The notes under the pieces were generated by a model. It was not told the DNA's origin. It ran no database searches and was given only the letters and a program-made list of their open reading frames with translations. A stretch of 34,202 nucleotides of DNA, from IMG/VR virus record IMGVR_UViG_3300027835_000482, positions 1-34,202 of that record. One strand, 5' to 3'. Numbering within the stretch: position 1 is the stretch's first letter; the number at the start of each line of letters is the position of its first letter. Positions 15,927 to 24,586 of the stretch are shown here, in pieces. The translations under genes and the position numbers were made by a program. This DNA comes from a virus. Its lineage: Duplodnaviria > Caudoviricetes.

Positions 15927-17668
15927 TATTTAGCTCCTTGCAAGGCTTCAACAACTTGCAAAACTCTACGCCACGCTTTTTGTACTTCTGGTTTCATTCC
16001 TTGAAACCTTCCGACAGGATCTTTAATTGCTCTAGTCATTGCATTGCCAGTATTGATATGGAGCACTCCATCTTTAACTTCTGCTCCTAAACTTTTAAAT
16101 AATTCATCATGTGGAGCTATTGAATTAAAATCACCAATCAATGAAGAAATAACACCATGCTCAGCACCTAAAGCATTTTTAAATGCATTTGGATTTTTAC
16201 GCATTGCATTACTAAGTGTATTTAATTGTGTTCCAAGCTCTGTGCCTACAACAGTGTTATAGGCTTGTCCACCATCTCCGATTTCTTGCCTGACTGCTTG
16301 TGAAACTGGTCTGCTAAACTTTTCAACTAATCCTTTTGCAGTCATTTTAGAAAGGACATCAGGAGAATATCCTGTAAGTTTTGAAAATTGCTGAACATCT
16401 TCAGGAGACTGAAATTGATTTACAAACTTAACTACATCGTTATTTACACTACTACCAGCTTCTTCACCAAGTTTTGCACCTTGAGAAATAAGATATTGCC
16501 CAGTTCTTGTTTCTGGTAATTGTTTAAACTTAGTATATGCTTCATTAGTTGTAATTAACTTATCGTAGATTTTTCCTGTCGGATCTGCTTCTTTAGCAAT
16601 ATCCGGGAGTGAATCTCTTAAAGCATTTGCAATCCTTGTATACTCTTTAGCTATTGAGCTTTTGCCTTGTCTAAATGCTTCATCTGCCAAATCATGAAGC
16701 TCTCTTAAAGATTGCCTTGCTTGTCCCAGATTATAACTAGCGTCTTTACCGTAAGTGTCTACATTTTTAATGAACCCACCAAATGCTTCTTGTGCATTTT
16801 TACTTTGTCCTATAACATTTTTGGTTATATCGTTATAGACTTCACTAACTTTAGGAACAACTACTGACGCAGCACTATTACCAATATCTTTAATTGTTTT
16901 ATAAGGGTCAGAGAATGCGTCTGCTCTAAGTCTATAAAGCTCCGAAGCTTTACCTGTAAGATTTTGATTAAATCCTGGGAAATCTAAGCTTTGCAATTCT
17001 TCTGGTAATTTACCTGTTAATCCTTCTGTATAATTTTTAGTAGCAAGTCCGATTCTTCTCATCAACGGATCATTAAAATTACCTATAGATTCAACGCCAT
17101 ATTTATTAGGCAATGCTGTATTAAGTCCTTGTCTGAGTTGATTCTGAACTACGTTTGATAAACCTTTGTCACCACTAAGAACATTTAATCCTTGATTACC
17201 AATATAATCTCTAATTTCATTTTTAGAAAATGGATTTCCAAAAGTCTCAGTAATTGCATCTCTTATTTTTGGTATATTTTGAGCTACATTTTCTAATGGT
17301 TGTTTAAATGCATCTTCTGGCAATAATCCTAGTTTGCTTGTCGCTCTGCCAAACCCAGGTGGAAAGAATCCACCTAATACCCCACCTGCCAGATCCTCTC
17401 CTAAAGAAGTATCGTACCCTAATTGCTTTTTTGCTCGACTTGCTAAATATGAACCTGCTGTACTTCCAAGAACTGTGCCAATGGGATAACCACCAAGTCC
17501 TAAACCTGCTACATAACCAGCACCTTGTCCGAAAGTATCAATGCCAAATTGTTTGGCAAAATCTGATAACCAATCTAATTGCGGTCCTCCTTGCTGTTGA
17601 TTCGGAGCATAAGGAGTGTAATAAGCAGGTGTATAATTTAAAGCAGGTGTATAATTTAAAGCTGGCAT
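15926..17668 (-). CDS. putative internal virion / DNA ejection protein
   Basis: 580 aa; Gly-rich hydrophobic N-terminal region then helical-looking body; lies between nozzle and fibre genes. Confidence 0.6.
   Translation of the reverse strand: MPALNYTPALNYTPAYYTPYAPNQQQGGPQLDWLSDFAKQFGIDTFGQGAGYVAGLGLGGYPIGTVLGSTAGSYLASRAKKQLGYDTSLGEDLAGGVLGGFFPPGFGRATSKLGLLPEDAFKQPLENVAQNIPKIRDAITETFGNPFSKNEIRDYIGNQGLNVLSGDKGLSNVVQNQLRQGLNTALPNKYGVESIGNFNDPLMRRIGLATKNYTEGLTGKLPEELQSLDFPGFNQNLTGKASELYRLRADAFSDPYKTIKDIGNSAASVVVPKVSEVYNDITKNVIGQSKNAQEAFGGFIKNVDTYGKDASYNLGQARQSLRELHDLADEAFRQGKSSIAKEYTRIANALRDSLPDIAKEADPTGKIYDKLITTNEAYTKFKQLPETRTGQYLISQGAKLGEEAGSSVNNDVVKFVNQFQSPEDVQQFSKLTGYSPDVLSKMTAKGLVEKFSRPVSQAVRQEIGDGGQAYNTVVGTELGTQLNTLSNAMRKNPNAFKNALGAEHGVISSLIGDFNSIAPHDELFKSLGAEVKDGVLHINTGNAMTRAIKDPVGRFQGMKPEVQKAWRRVLQVVEALQGAK
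17623..17658. repeat. perfect 18-bp tandem repeat x2
   Basis: AAGCAGGTGTATAATTTA x2; encodes the PALNYT repeat. Confidence 0.9.
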
Positions 17669-19755
17669 TAATTTCCCCTCACTAACATTGCTATTTCTTT
17701 GTTTCTTCTATTAATCAATCCTTGACTAACTTTGAACCCCCCTTGCCCATCTCTAACATGAATAAACTTAGACATATTGGCAATTGCTTGATTTAGATTT
17801 CCATTATTTAAATGTGGGGCAATGTTTTTAAGAAATGCAGTAGGACCAGCATTGTAAATAAAACTTGTCAGGGCTTCTTTTTGTTTAGGGCTTAAAGGTG
17901 CTTGTATAGAACCTTCAATTGTTTTTTCAGCAGCAGATACATCATTTTGATATTGTTGCTCTGCTTCCTGTTTACTAACTGCTGTATCTTGAGTTACAGG
18001 CTGACCATTAATTGATGTACTACCGTATCCTGCGATCCAAGTACCATTTTCATCTTGATATGCTTTATCTCTAAAGCCTTCTACTTTTTTAATTAATGTA
18101 GAAGTATCTACTTGAGAATTATTTATTTCATGAAGCCTTTTTAAATCTATTTGTATAGCTGTAGAACCATCTTCATTTTTAACTTTTTGCAGAACTTTAG
18201 TGGCTGGTTGTCCTTGCATTAATTGCTTTGCACTACCAATTGCTGCACCAGTGACACCACCTGTTAAGATTCCAAGACCAAGTCCTCGAGCACCATCAAC
18301 AACAGCATCAAAACCTCTATCAATAAGAGGAACACCTATTTTTTGCATTGCACCTTTAAGAAAAGGGAGAGATTCTAATCCTTGTGCTAATTTTCCACCC
18401 AGAGCATCGCTAAATAAGTTTAGAGATTTTGCTGAGGTTGCAGCTTTAAAAAGACCACCACTAGCCCCACCTAAACCACCTAATGCAGCACCAATTAATG
18501 CTCCACCTGGGACATTATCAGCTAATAATGAAGTTCCAGCACCGAGAGCAGCACCAGGAATACCACCAGTTATGCCACCAAGAGCAGCTCCAATACCCAG
18601 GCTGGTTAAATTAGTTTTCATGCCAGGAGATTTTAAAGCTTCAGGATTAGATTGAAGTGTTTGTAACTGTGTTGTTTCTGGTAACGTTTTTAGATTGTCA
18701 GGAATAATATAATTATTCGAGTAATCAGGAAGAATTGTGTTAAATAAATTGCTATTATTTTCTCTTAAAGATTTTGCTTTATCTGATACTGCCTGCGCAT
18801 TGTCATTAGGATTTATTAATTGTTCTGTAAGAACGGCCTGTGCAGAGTCAGAGGTTACATTGCGTAGCTTCTTCTGTAACGCAGGCTGAATAACATTTTT
18901 CAATTCATTAGATAGAGTATCTATTTTCTCTCTTGTTTTTAAAGATGGAATAGTATTACGGAGTCCATAGAAAGGACCAACACTAGAAACAGCCTCTCCA
19001 AGCCCTGACCCGTAGCCAAATGCCCCTGGATCTGTTTGAGCTAATTTCTCTACCTCATTCAATATTGCATGTTTTCTTTGTATGTAGCTTAAAGTATCTG
19101 TTCCCTCTCCTGGTTTTAAAATTAAATCTTTAATATCTGGTATTCTCTTTTGAAAATCTTCTATAGCTTTTTGATTTTCTGTAACTCCTAACGCAGATTG
19201 TAAGCGATCAACTTCTGGGCTGAGTTGATCCTTATAAGTCTTAGGATAATTGTCTAATTTTTGCCGTTGCTGTGCAGCCCACAATAAAACATTAGGGGTC
19301 TTATAAGGGATATCAGTTTTAAAATGCTTAGGATCAATCTTTGTCCCTTGACTGAGATAATTAACCAATGCTTGCTGCGGATCTACTGGCTCTGGGGACG
19401 TCGGGGTAGAATTGGGAGCTTGATTAATTTGTGTGGATGGATTTGCTGGTGTAAATAATTGATTAGAAGGGAATGCTTGTTGTGGTGCTAATCCTTGATA
19501 TCCTCCACCTTGTAGTAATCCAGGAGAAAGAGAAGTTCCACCACTGGATAAACCGAGAGGATCGTTTGCATTTGCAGTTTGTTGATCTTGGAAAAACTTA
19601 GCCCGAGTATAGCCTAAGTTTTCAAATTGTATTTGATTACTTAATGCTGCTTGCTGTTGCGTTGCTTGTTGTTGTTGTAATGCTTGGAATAATCCTATTC
19701 CACCTGTTAATCCCTTGTTAAAGCTATCTGCAAAGTTCATTAATCCTGACACCAT
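17668..19755 (-). CDS. internal virion / ejection protein with C-terminal GH24 muramidase domain
   Basis: LIKKVEGFRDKAYQD.NG.W..GYG...SFIYNAG...GLINRR.KE; glycine-zipper-like GAALGG segments. Confidence 0.8.
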   Translation of the reverse strand: MVSGLMNFADSFNKGLTGGIGLFQALQQQQATQQQAALSNQIQFENLGYTRAKFFQDQQTANANDPLGLSSGGTSLSPGLLQGGGYQGLAPQQAFPSNQLFTPANPSTQINQAPNSTPTSPEPVDPQQALVNYLSQGTKIDPKHFKTDIPYKTPNVLLWAAQQRQKLDNYPKTYKDQLSPEVDRLQSALGVTENQKAIEDFQKRIPDIKDLILKPGEGTDTLSYIQRKHAILNEVEKLAQTDPGAFGYGSGLGEAVSSVGPFYGLRNTIPSLKTREKIDTLSNELKNVIQPALQKKLRNVTSDSAQAVLTEQLINPNDNAQAVSDKAKSLRENNSNLFNTILPDYSNNYIIPDNLKTLPETTQLQTLQSNPEALKSPGMKTNLTSLGIGAALGGITGGIPGAALGAGTSLLADNVPGGALIGAALGGLGGASGGLFKAATSAKSLNLFSDALGGKLAQGLESLPFLKGAMQKIGVPLIDRGFDAVVDGARGLGLGILTGGVTGAAIGSAKQLMQGQPATKVLQKVKNEDGSTAIQIDLKRLHEINNSQVDTSTLIKKVEGFRDKAYQDENGTWIAGYGSTSINGQPVTQDTAVSKQEAEQQYQNDVSAAEKTIEGSIQAPLSPKQKEALTSFIYNAGPTAFLKNIAPHLNNGNLNQAIANMSKFIHVRDGQGGFKVSQGLINRRNKEIAMLVRGN

Positions 19756-19774
19756 ATAAAATTACCTCTGAAAT

Positions 19775-19801
19775 AAAAAAGCCACCCGGTTAAGGTGGCT
19801 T
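19775..19801 (-). terminator. rho-independent terminator after the toxin gene
   Basis: AAGCCACC-TTAACCG-GGTGGCTT followed by a T tract. Confidence 0.8.
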
Positions 19802-19821
19802 CTAGATTAAATCTATTTTTT

Positions 19822-20163
19822 TTAAATAAAGTTTAGGAAGTTTAAATGTTTTCTCAGATTTAATCTGATTTGGTCCCAAGTTGGATTATCAATTCTGCCT
19901 ATTTTATGTTTTATCTTATCCTTTCTTACGGTATGAATCTCATCACACAAAATCCAGCTTTCTTTATCTAAGTGATTAAGCAAATCGGGGAGAATATGAA
20001 TTGCCATTGAACCTTTGCTTTTTATGCTTGTAATTGCACAAAATGTAATTTTATTAGAAACTGAACAACTTAAATCAGATTGAATAATAATTACAGGTCT
20101 TTCTTTGTCACCACCAAAGACCTCTGGTTTAACTAAAACAATATCGCCTTGAAAAAATGTCAT
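19822..20163 (-). CDS. mazF: type II toxin, PemK/MazF family endoribonuclease
   Basis: GDIVLV...GGDKERPVIIIQ.D...AITS...L.KESWILCDEIHTV.K.KI..KIGRI. Confidence 0.9.
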   Translation of the reverse strand: MTFFQGDIVLVKPEVFGGDKERPVIIIQSDLSCSVSNKITFCAITSIKSKGSMAIHILPDLLNHLDKESWILCDEIHTVRKDKIKHKIGRIDNPTWDQIRLNLRKHLNFLNFI

Positions 20164-20182
20164 TTCTACATGATAACAATAT

Positions 20183-20428
20183 TTAGTATTCTATTTCACT
20201 AAGTTCATTAATTGATACTTGCTCAAACTCTAGATTACTTTCATTACCTTGTATATAAGCATCTGTAAGCTCTTCTTGTAATTCTTTTTTTCTCTCAAGA
20301 TATTTTGCAACTAAAATGTCTATATTTTGCTTTGGTACCAAACTATAATAATTAACAAACCCTCTAATAATGTTTGCTTGATTCTCAGTTCTTAAATCTT
20401 GCTCGTTAGACATAACACTATTATTCAT
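20183..20428 (-). CDS. putative cognate antitoxin
   Basis: Small, acidic C-terminus, directly upstream of the toxin; KYLERKKELQEELTDAYIQGNESNLE recalls the EndoAI/MazE C-terminal helix. Confidence 0.65.
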   Translation of the reverse strand: MNNSVMSNEQDLRTENQANIIRGFVNYYSLVPKQNIDILVAKYLERKKELQEELTDAYIQGNESNLEFEQVSINELSEIEY

Positions 20429-20593
20429 ACCCTCAATTATAACTGTATAACGATATTAAAGGTAGACGATTAAATTATTATTAAGAGCCTCAATGTTTTA
20501 ATCAATTTTAGGCCTAATACTAACAATATATAAGGAAGGCCTTAATACAAGTTAACCCTATTTAGGTAAAATATAACTAGGAGAATCGAAAGA

Positions 20594-20896
20594 ATGAGAG
20601 CTTTAATTTTAATAATTTTACTCAGTTTGGCTTTGCCGGGGTTTGCTAGATTTGATGATTCTGAATGCGATCGGTTAATTAATCAAGGGAAAATGGAAAG
20701 AAATACAGTTACTCAAACGAACCTACTTATTAAAGCCTATGAGGTTTGTTACAAGAATCAACCCTACTCACCAGCAGTAGCCGAAGGATTACAAAATGCT
20801 CAGGCAATTAATACCCAGGCACAAATCAACAATATTCAAACCCAACAAAATTATACTAATTTTCTACTACTACAAAATCAAATTAATCACAGATGA
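20594..20896 (+). CDS. secreted hypothetical protein (moron)
   Basis: AGGAG SD; signal peptide MRALILIILLSLALPGFA; two Cys; Q/N-rich tail. Confidence 0.7.
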   Translation: MRALILIILLSLALPGFARFDDSECDRLINQGKMERNTVTQTNLLIKAYEVCYKNQPYSPAVAEGLQNAQAINTQAQINNIQTQQNYTNFLLLQNQINHR

Positions 20897-21294
20897 ATAT
20901 AGCAAAATACTCCGATTGTCTTTTCTATATTTTCATAGGAATTATTACTTTTTGTCTATTTAAAGCAATAGCCTTTACATTGCGCATGCTGTGGAATAAA
21001 TTGTGTCAATTTAAAACATTCCCAATTCCTGATGGTATATATGAAAAACTTGGCTTATTTGGTGGGCTTATAGAGGATAGACTACAACAAGGTTTATTTT
21101 TTCTACTCTATTGCTTATCTATTGGAATCTTATTGAATGGACTCTTTTTGAGTAATAAAGAAAATATAATGTTAGGGGCTGTATTAATAGCAACTTCTTC
21201 TTTATTAAAATTAGTGTACATAGATCTACCTAGTTATTCAAGAAAAATTATTGACAGAATCCAGGATATTGTAAGTCGTCTCCCCTTATACTAA
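20893..21294 (+). CDS. three-TM membrane protein (moron)
   Basis: Three hydrophobic segments; ATGA overlap; opposite strand to the late operon. Confidence 0.65.
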   Translation: MNIAKYSDCLFYIFIGIITFCLFKAIAFTLRMLWNKLCQFKTFPIPDGIYEKLGLFGGLIEDRLQQGLFFLLYCLSIGILLNGLFLSNKENIMLGAVLIATSSLLKLVYIDLPSYSRKIIDRIQDIVSRLPLY

Positions 21295-21299
21295 TAAAC

Positions 21300-22586
21300 T
21301 TAATTCTGCCACCAAGGTTTTGGAGCTGGAGGCCCATACATGTTTGGATTAGCTCCTTGACCAGCACTACCACCAAAGCCTTGAGGAAATAAATATTTAG
21401 CAATTCCTAATCCACCTGCTGTTCCTGCTAATCCACCAAACACACTACCAATGGCTTGTCCTGCTGTTGGGAATCCTGCTTGCTGTCCTGCTGCTGCATA
21501 AGCTGCGTTAACATCACTGGTATAAGCATTTTGTTTTATTTGATCTCTATTCAATCCATACTGAGAACCATATTGCATCATATTCGCTAAGAAATCAGGA
21601 CTGAATGTACCTGTCGGATTAATTGCTGCTGGATTTACTTGATAAGGTTGATTATAGGTTTGATTCATTCCACTTAATATTCCAGTAAACGCAGGTGAAC
21701 CATATAAGGTATTTAATCCTGATTGATTTTCACCAACCATCTGATGAGCTAAGTTGCTCTTCATAATATCTCTATTATTTAAAATATCAGCAAGTCCTCT
21801 GCCATAAGAGGTTGTGCCTTGCTTTGTCATATCACCTAAATCACTACTAAAATATCCGCCTGTGTCAGCCAGGTTTTGGAACATTCCAGACATTCCTTGT
21901 TTATATTGCTGATTATAATCCCTCATTGTTTTATCTAAATAACCTTGACTAGCATTATCTATTTGTGATTGCATCCCAGGTGATAACTGGGTTACACCTT
22001 GTTTTAAAATCTGATTTGCATTGTTAAATACTCCACCGTATGTATTCATGAGCGGAGGCATTATCATGCCTTGTGTCATGTCGCGCATGTGTGCAGCATC
22101 TTGCATCCTCTGGATTTCTAACTGTTGTAATTGATTAAATCCTTGCAATGCTCCTGGCTCTGGTTGAGCCTGGAAATCAACACCTTTAGTCTTTTTTCCA
22201 AGTCCAAATAATTCTGGATTTTTACCTCCGAATAATTCAGAAGGGATTTTAGACATATCTCCACCACCTTGAAGATATTGAAATAATCCTGGGTTGTTTG
22301 TAGCTAGATTTTTATTCTTCCCTTTTCCTTTTAAAGCATTTTGTAATCTTTGATTTTGACCAGTTAAATCTACAGTGACATTAGGGTTGTATCCCATAAA
22401 TCCACCACCAGGAGTAGAAGTAGAAGTACCAGGATACCAAGGACTATTTAATGGTGGTCTTTGACCTCTAATATCTTGAAGATTTCCTTGAGGATTATAA
22501 TCTGGAGCACTAAACATACCGGCTGCTCCTCCTAATAAGGCTGAGCCCGCTGCTATTCCTAATGCTGGTAATATTAATAGAAACAT
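21300..22586 (-). CDS. putative DNA ejection protein, G/Q/N-rich
   Basis: GAGG SD before MFLL; N-terminal ALGIAAGSALLGG and C-terminal Gly-rich hydrophobic segment, as seen in podoviral pilot proteins. Confidence 0.65.
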   Translation of the reverse strand: MFLLILPALGIAAGSALLGGAAGMFSAPDYNPQGNLQDIRGQRPPLNSPWYPGTSTSTPGGGFMGYNPNVTVDLTGQNQRLQNALKGKGKNKNLATNNPGLFQYLQGGGDMSKIPSELFGGKNPELFGLGKKTKGVDFQAQPEPGALQGFNQLQQLEIQRMQDAAHMRDMTQGMIMPPLMNTYGGVFNNANQILKQGVTQLSPGMQSQIDNASQGYLDKTMRDYNQQYKQGMSGMFQNLADTGGYFSSDLGDMTKQGTTSYGRGLADILNNRDIMKSNLAHQMVGENQSGLNTLYGSPAFTGILSGMNQTYNQPYQVNPAAINPTGTFSPDFLANMMQYGSQYGLNRDQIKQNAYTSDVNAAYAAAGQQAGFPTAGQAIGSVFGGLAGTAGGLGIAKYLFPQGFGGSAGQGANPNMYGPPAPKPWWQN

Positions 22587-22611
22587 TTTTATTCCTCTTT
22601 GCCTATCTTTA

Positions 22612-23643
22612 CTAAAAACCAAACTGGTTTGAATACATTGGATTATTCATAAATCCACTGTCCATGCTCCCACCAAAACTATTTCCAAAACTATTACCAA
22701 TTCCGTACATTGATGAGTAAGGATTTAAAGCTCCACCCATACCACTACCGCTACCAAAGGAACTGAAAGGATTACTCATGCCACCATAGCCACCCATACC
22801 GCTATAACCCATTCCAGGAAACCCGCCGTACATGCTACCCATTCCGCCAAACATGGAATGAGGATTGAGTCCCATGCCACCATAGCCACCCATACCACCG
22901 TAACCGCCCATCATGCTCGTGTAAGGGTTGAATCCACCACCAAACATTCCAGATGGATTTAAACCAGGCACTTTACCAGCAGTTATTTGACTTCCAAAAT
23001 CACCCATTCCACTTAATGAAACAGCTGGAGTAAACTGTCCTCCCATTTGCACAATCATACGTAATTGATCAGGTTGAAGTGAACTGATTGGAATCCCTGC
23101 TGTACTTCCAGGAGGATAAATCATTTGTCCTTGACCGCCACCGCCAGGAGGTCCTTGTCCACCACCAGGAGGAGGTGTCGGTCCATATCCTGGAGTTGAA
23201 GGACTAAATCCAGTAAACCCGGGTTTATTCGCAGCAACAAAAGCTTGTAATGTTTGACCTCCTGCTGAAACCGCTTCAGATGAACTAGAAGCACCTTCTA
23301 CTCCTTTATAAGGATTATTTGAACCCCCCGGCTTTAATGATTCATTATATTTAGCTTGAGCATCTTTAATTTCCTGCGTTATACCTTTTTGTGCATTAAA
23401 ATCTTGCCCGCCAATATTGACCATCCCAGTTTTTGAATTAAACGTTGGCCCCGGTACAGGTGGCGGAGAAGAGAAATCTATTGGTTGTAGATTTTTATTA
23501 GGTGGTGGCGGAGCAAATGGATTTTGATACGGCTTCCTTGCCATGAACGTAGACTGCGGATTTTGATTTGCGTTTACGTTTGTTTGTGGCTGGTTTACCA
23601 TTGTTGGATTTTGCCACCCCTTGGTCTGGTTGTAGTCGTACAT
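22612..23643 (-). CDS. low-complexity G/M/P/N-rich virion-associated protein
   Basis: AAGGAG SD; GGYGGMG and NPxS repeats; 24-bp exact repeat at 22777 and 22873. Confidence 0.7.
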   Translation of the reverse strand: MYDYNQTKGWQNPTMVNQPQTNVNANQNPQSTFMARKPYQNPFAPPPPNKNLQPIDFSSPPPVPGPTFNSKTGMVNIGGQDFNAQKGITQEIKDAQAKYNESLKPGGSNNPYKGVEGASSSSEAVSAGGQTLQAFVAANKPGFTGFSPSTPGYGPTPPPGGGQGPPGGGGQGQMIYPPGSTAGIPISSLQPDQLRMIVQMGGQFTPAVSLSGMGDFGSQITAGKVPGLNPSGMFGGGFNPYTSMMGGYGGMGGYGGMGLNPHSMFGGMGSMYGGFPGMGYSGMGGYGGMSNPFSSFGSGSGMGGALNPYSSMYGIGNSFGNSFGGSMDSGFMNNPMYSNQFGF

Positions 23644-24043
23644 GTTTCTCTCCTTCTTTTAGACCTAACTTGACTTCTGGAACTGTTTCTTTTACTTCTT
23701 CAGGTCTTGTAAAAAGCATTAACTCCACTCTTTTAACAGTTCCTAGCACCTCTTTATATCCTTTATCCCATGCGGTTCTCACTGCATCATTTAATAAAGA
23801 GTTATAAAGAAACTCGCCATAAGTAAATGGTAATAGTTCTACTTTTGCGAACTCTTTTCCTTGTGGTTTAATCTCAAATAATCCAAACTCAGATAAATAA
23901 GCATTTGGATTTGCATTTAAAAATGACCACCATTGAGTACTACTTTGAAAATGCCCACTCTCTTGAATCATTTTCCCTAACGGTGTTTGAGACCAGATTT
24001 CAAATATTTTCCCTATCTCATTATCAGTAATTCTTGTTGCCAT
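23498..24043 (-). CDS. hypothetical protein
   Basis: GGGGGA SD before ATG 24043; 3' end overlaps the next gene by 146 nt. Confidence 0.6.
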   Translation of the reverse strand: MATRITDNEIGKIFEIWSQTPLGKMIQESGHFQSSTQWWSFLNANPNAYLSEFGLFEIKPQGKEFAKVELLPFTYGEFLYNSLLNDAVRTAWDKGYKEVLGTVKRVELMLFTRPEEVKETVPEVKLGLKEGEKHVRLQPDQGVAKSNNGKPATNKRKRKSKSAVYVHGKEAVSKSICSATT

Positions 24044-24063
24044 ATATTTATCCCCCAAGAATT

Positions 24064-24085
24064 AAAAACCCTGCATTTAGCAGGG
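24064..24085 (-). terminator. terminator-like hairpin
   Basis: CCCTGC-TAAAT-GCAGGG then TTTTT. Confidence 0.65.
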
Positions 24086-24096
24086 CATTCGTTTCA

Positions 24097-24582
24097 TTAA
24101 TATCTTATTGGTCCAACATTGGGTAAGCCAATAGAGCTATATTGGTTATCTCTAATTGGTGGTGTTTTTATAAAGCCTTGATTGTTTGTTGCTTGTAATG
24201 CCTTAATTAAATTACTTAAAAGCGAGTCGGAAGGGTTTAGTGGTGCATTTGATGCTGCTAACCCACGAACTGAATTAATTGTTGCATTGCTAAATCCAGA
24301 ACGATTATTGCCACCGAGAATATCCGTTAAATTATCATAAACATTAAATCCCGAAGGGTCTCGTAAAACATTTTGCGGTGACAATTCTGGGCTTACTAAA
24401 TTAATTCCTTGTTTAGATTGGAAAGGGACACGATTATAACCGTGATAATAAAGATATGGGTCGTTGAAAGTTTGATTGTAAAATCCCGGAGCTTCATCAG
24501 GTGATAAAAATCTTCCATCAGGAATATCACCATATCCACCGGCAGGATTATTAAATATATTTTGTAGAGATTGATAAGGCAT
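24097..24582 (-). CDS. hypothetical N/P/G-rich protein in the structural operon
   Basis: 161-aa ORF 4 nt after the nozzle gene. Confidence 0.6.
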   Translation of the reverse strand: MPYQSLQNIFNNPAGGYGDIPDGRFLSPDEAPGFYNQTFNDPYLYYHGYNRVPFQSKQGINLVSPELSPQNVLRDPSGFNVYDNLTDILGGNNRSGFSNATINSVRGLAASNAPLNPSDSLLSNLIKALQATNNQGFIKTPPIRDNQYSSIGLPNVGPIRY

Positions 24583-24586
24583 TTAT

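Noticed and set aside
18200-18655. 151-aa + strand ORF and similar antisense ORFs across the late arm
   Set aside because: They lie wholly opposite well-supported genes and have shadow-like composition.
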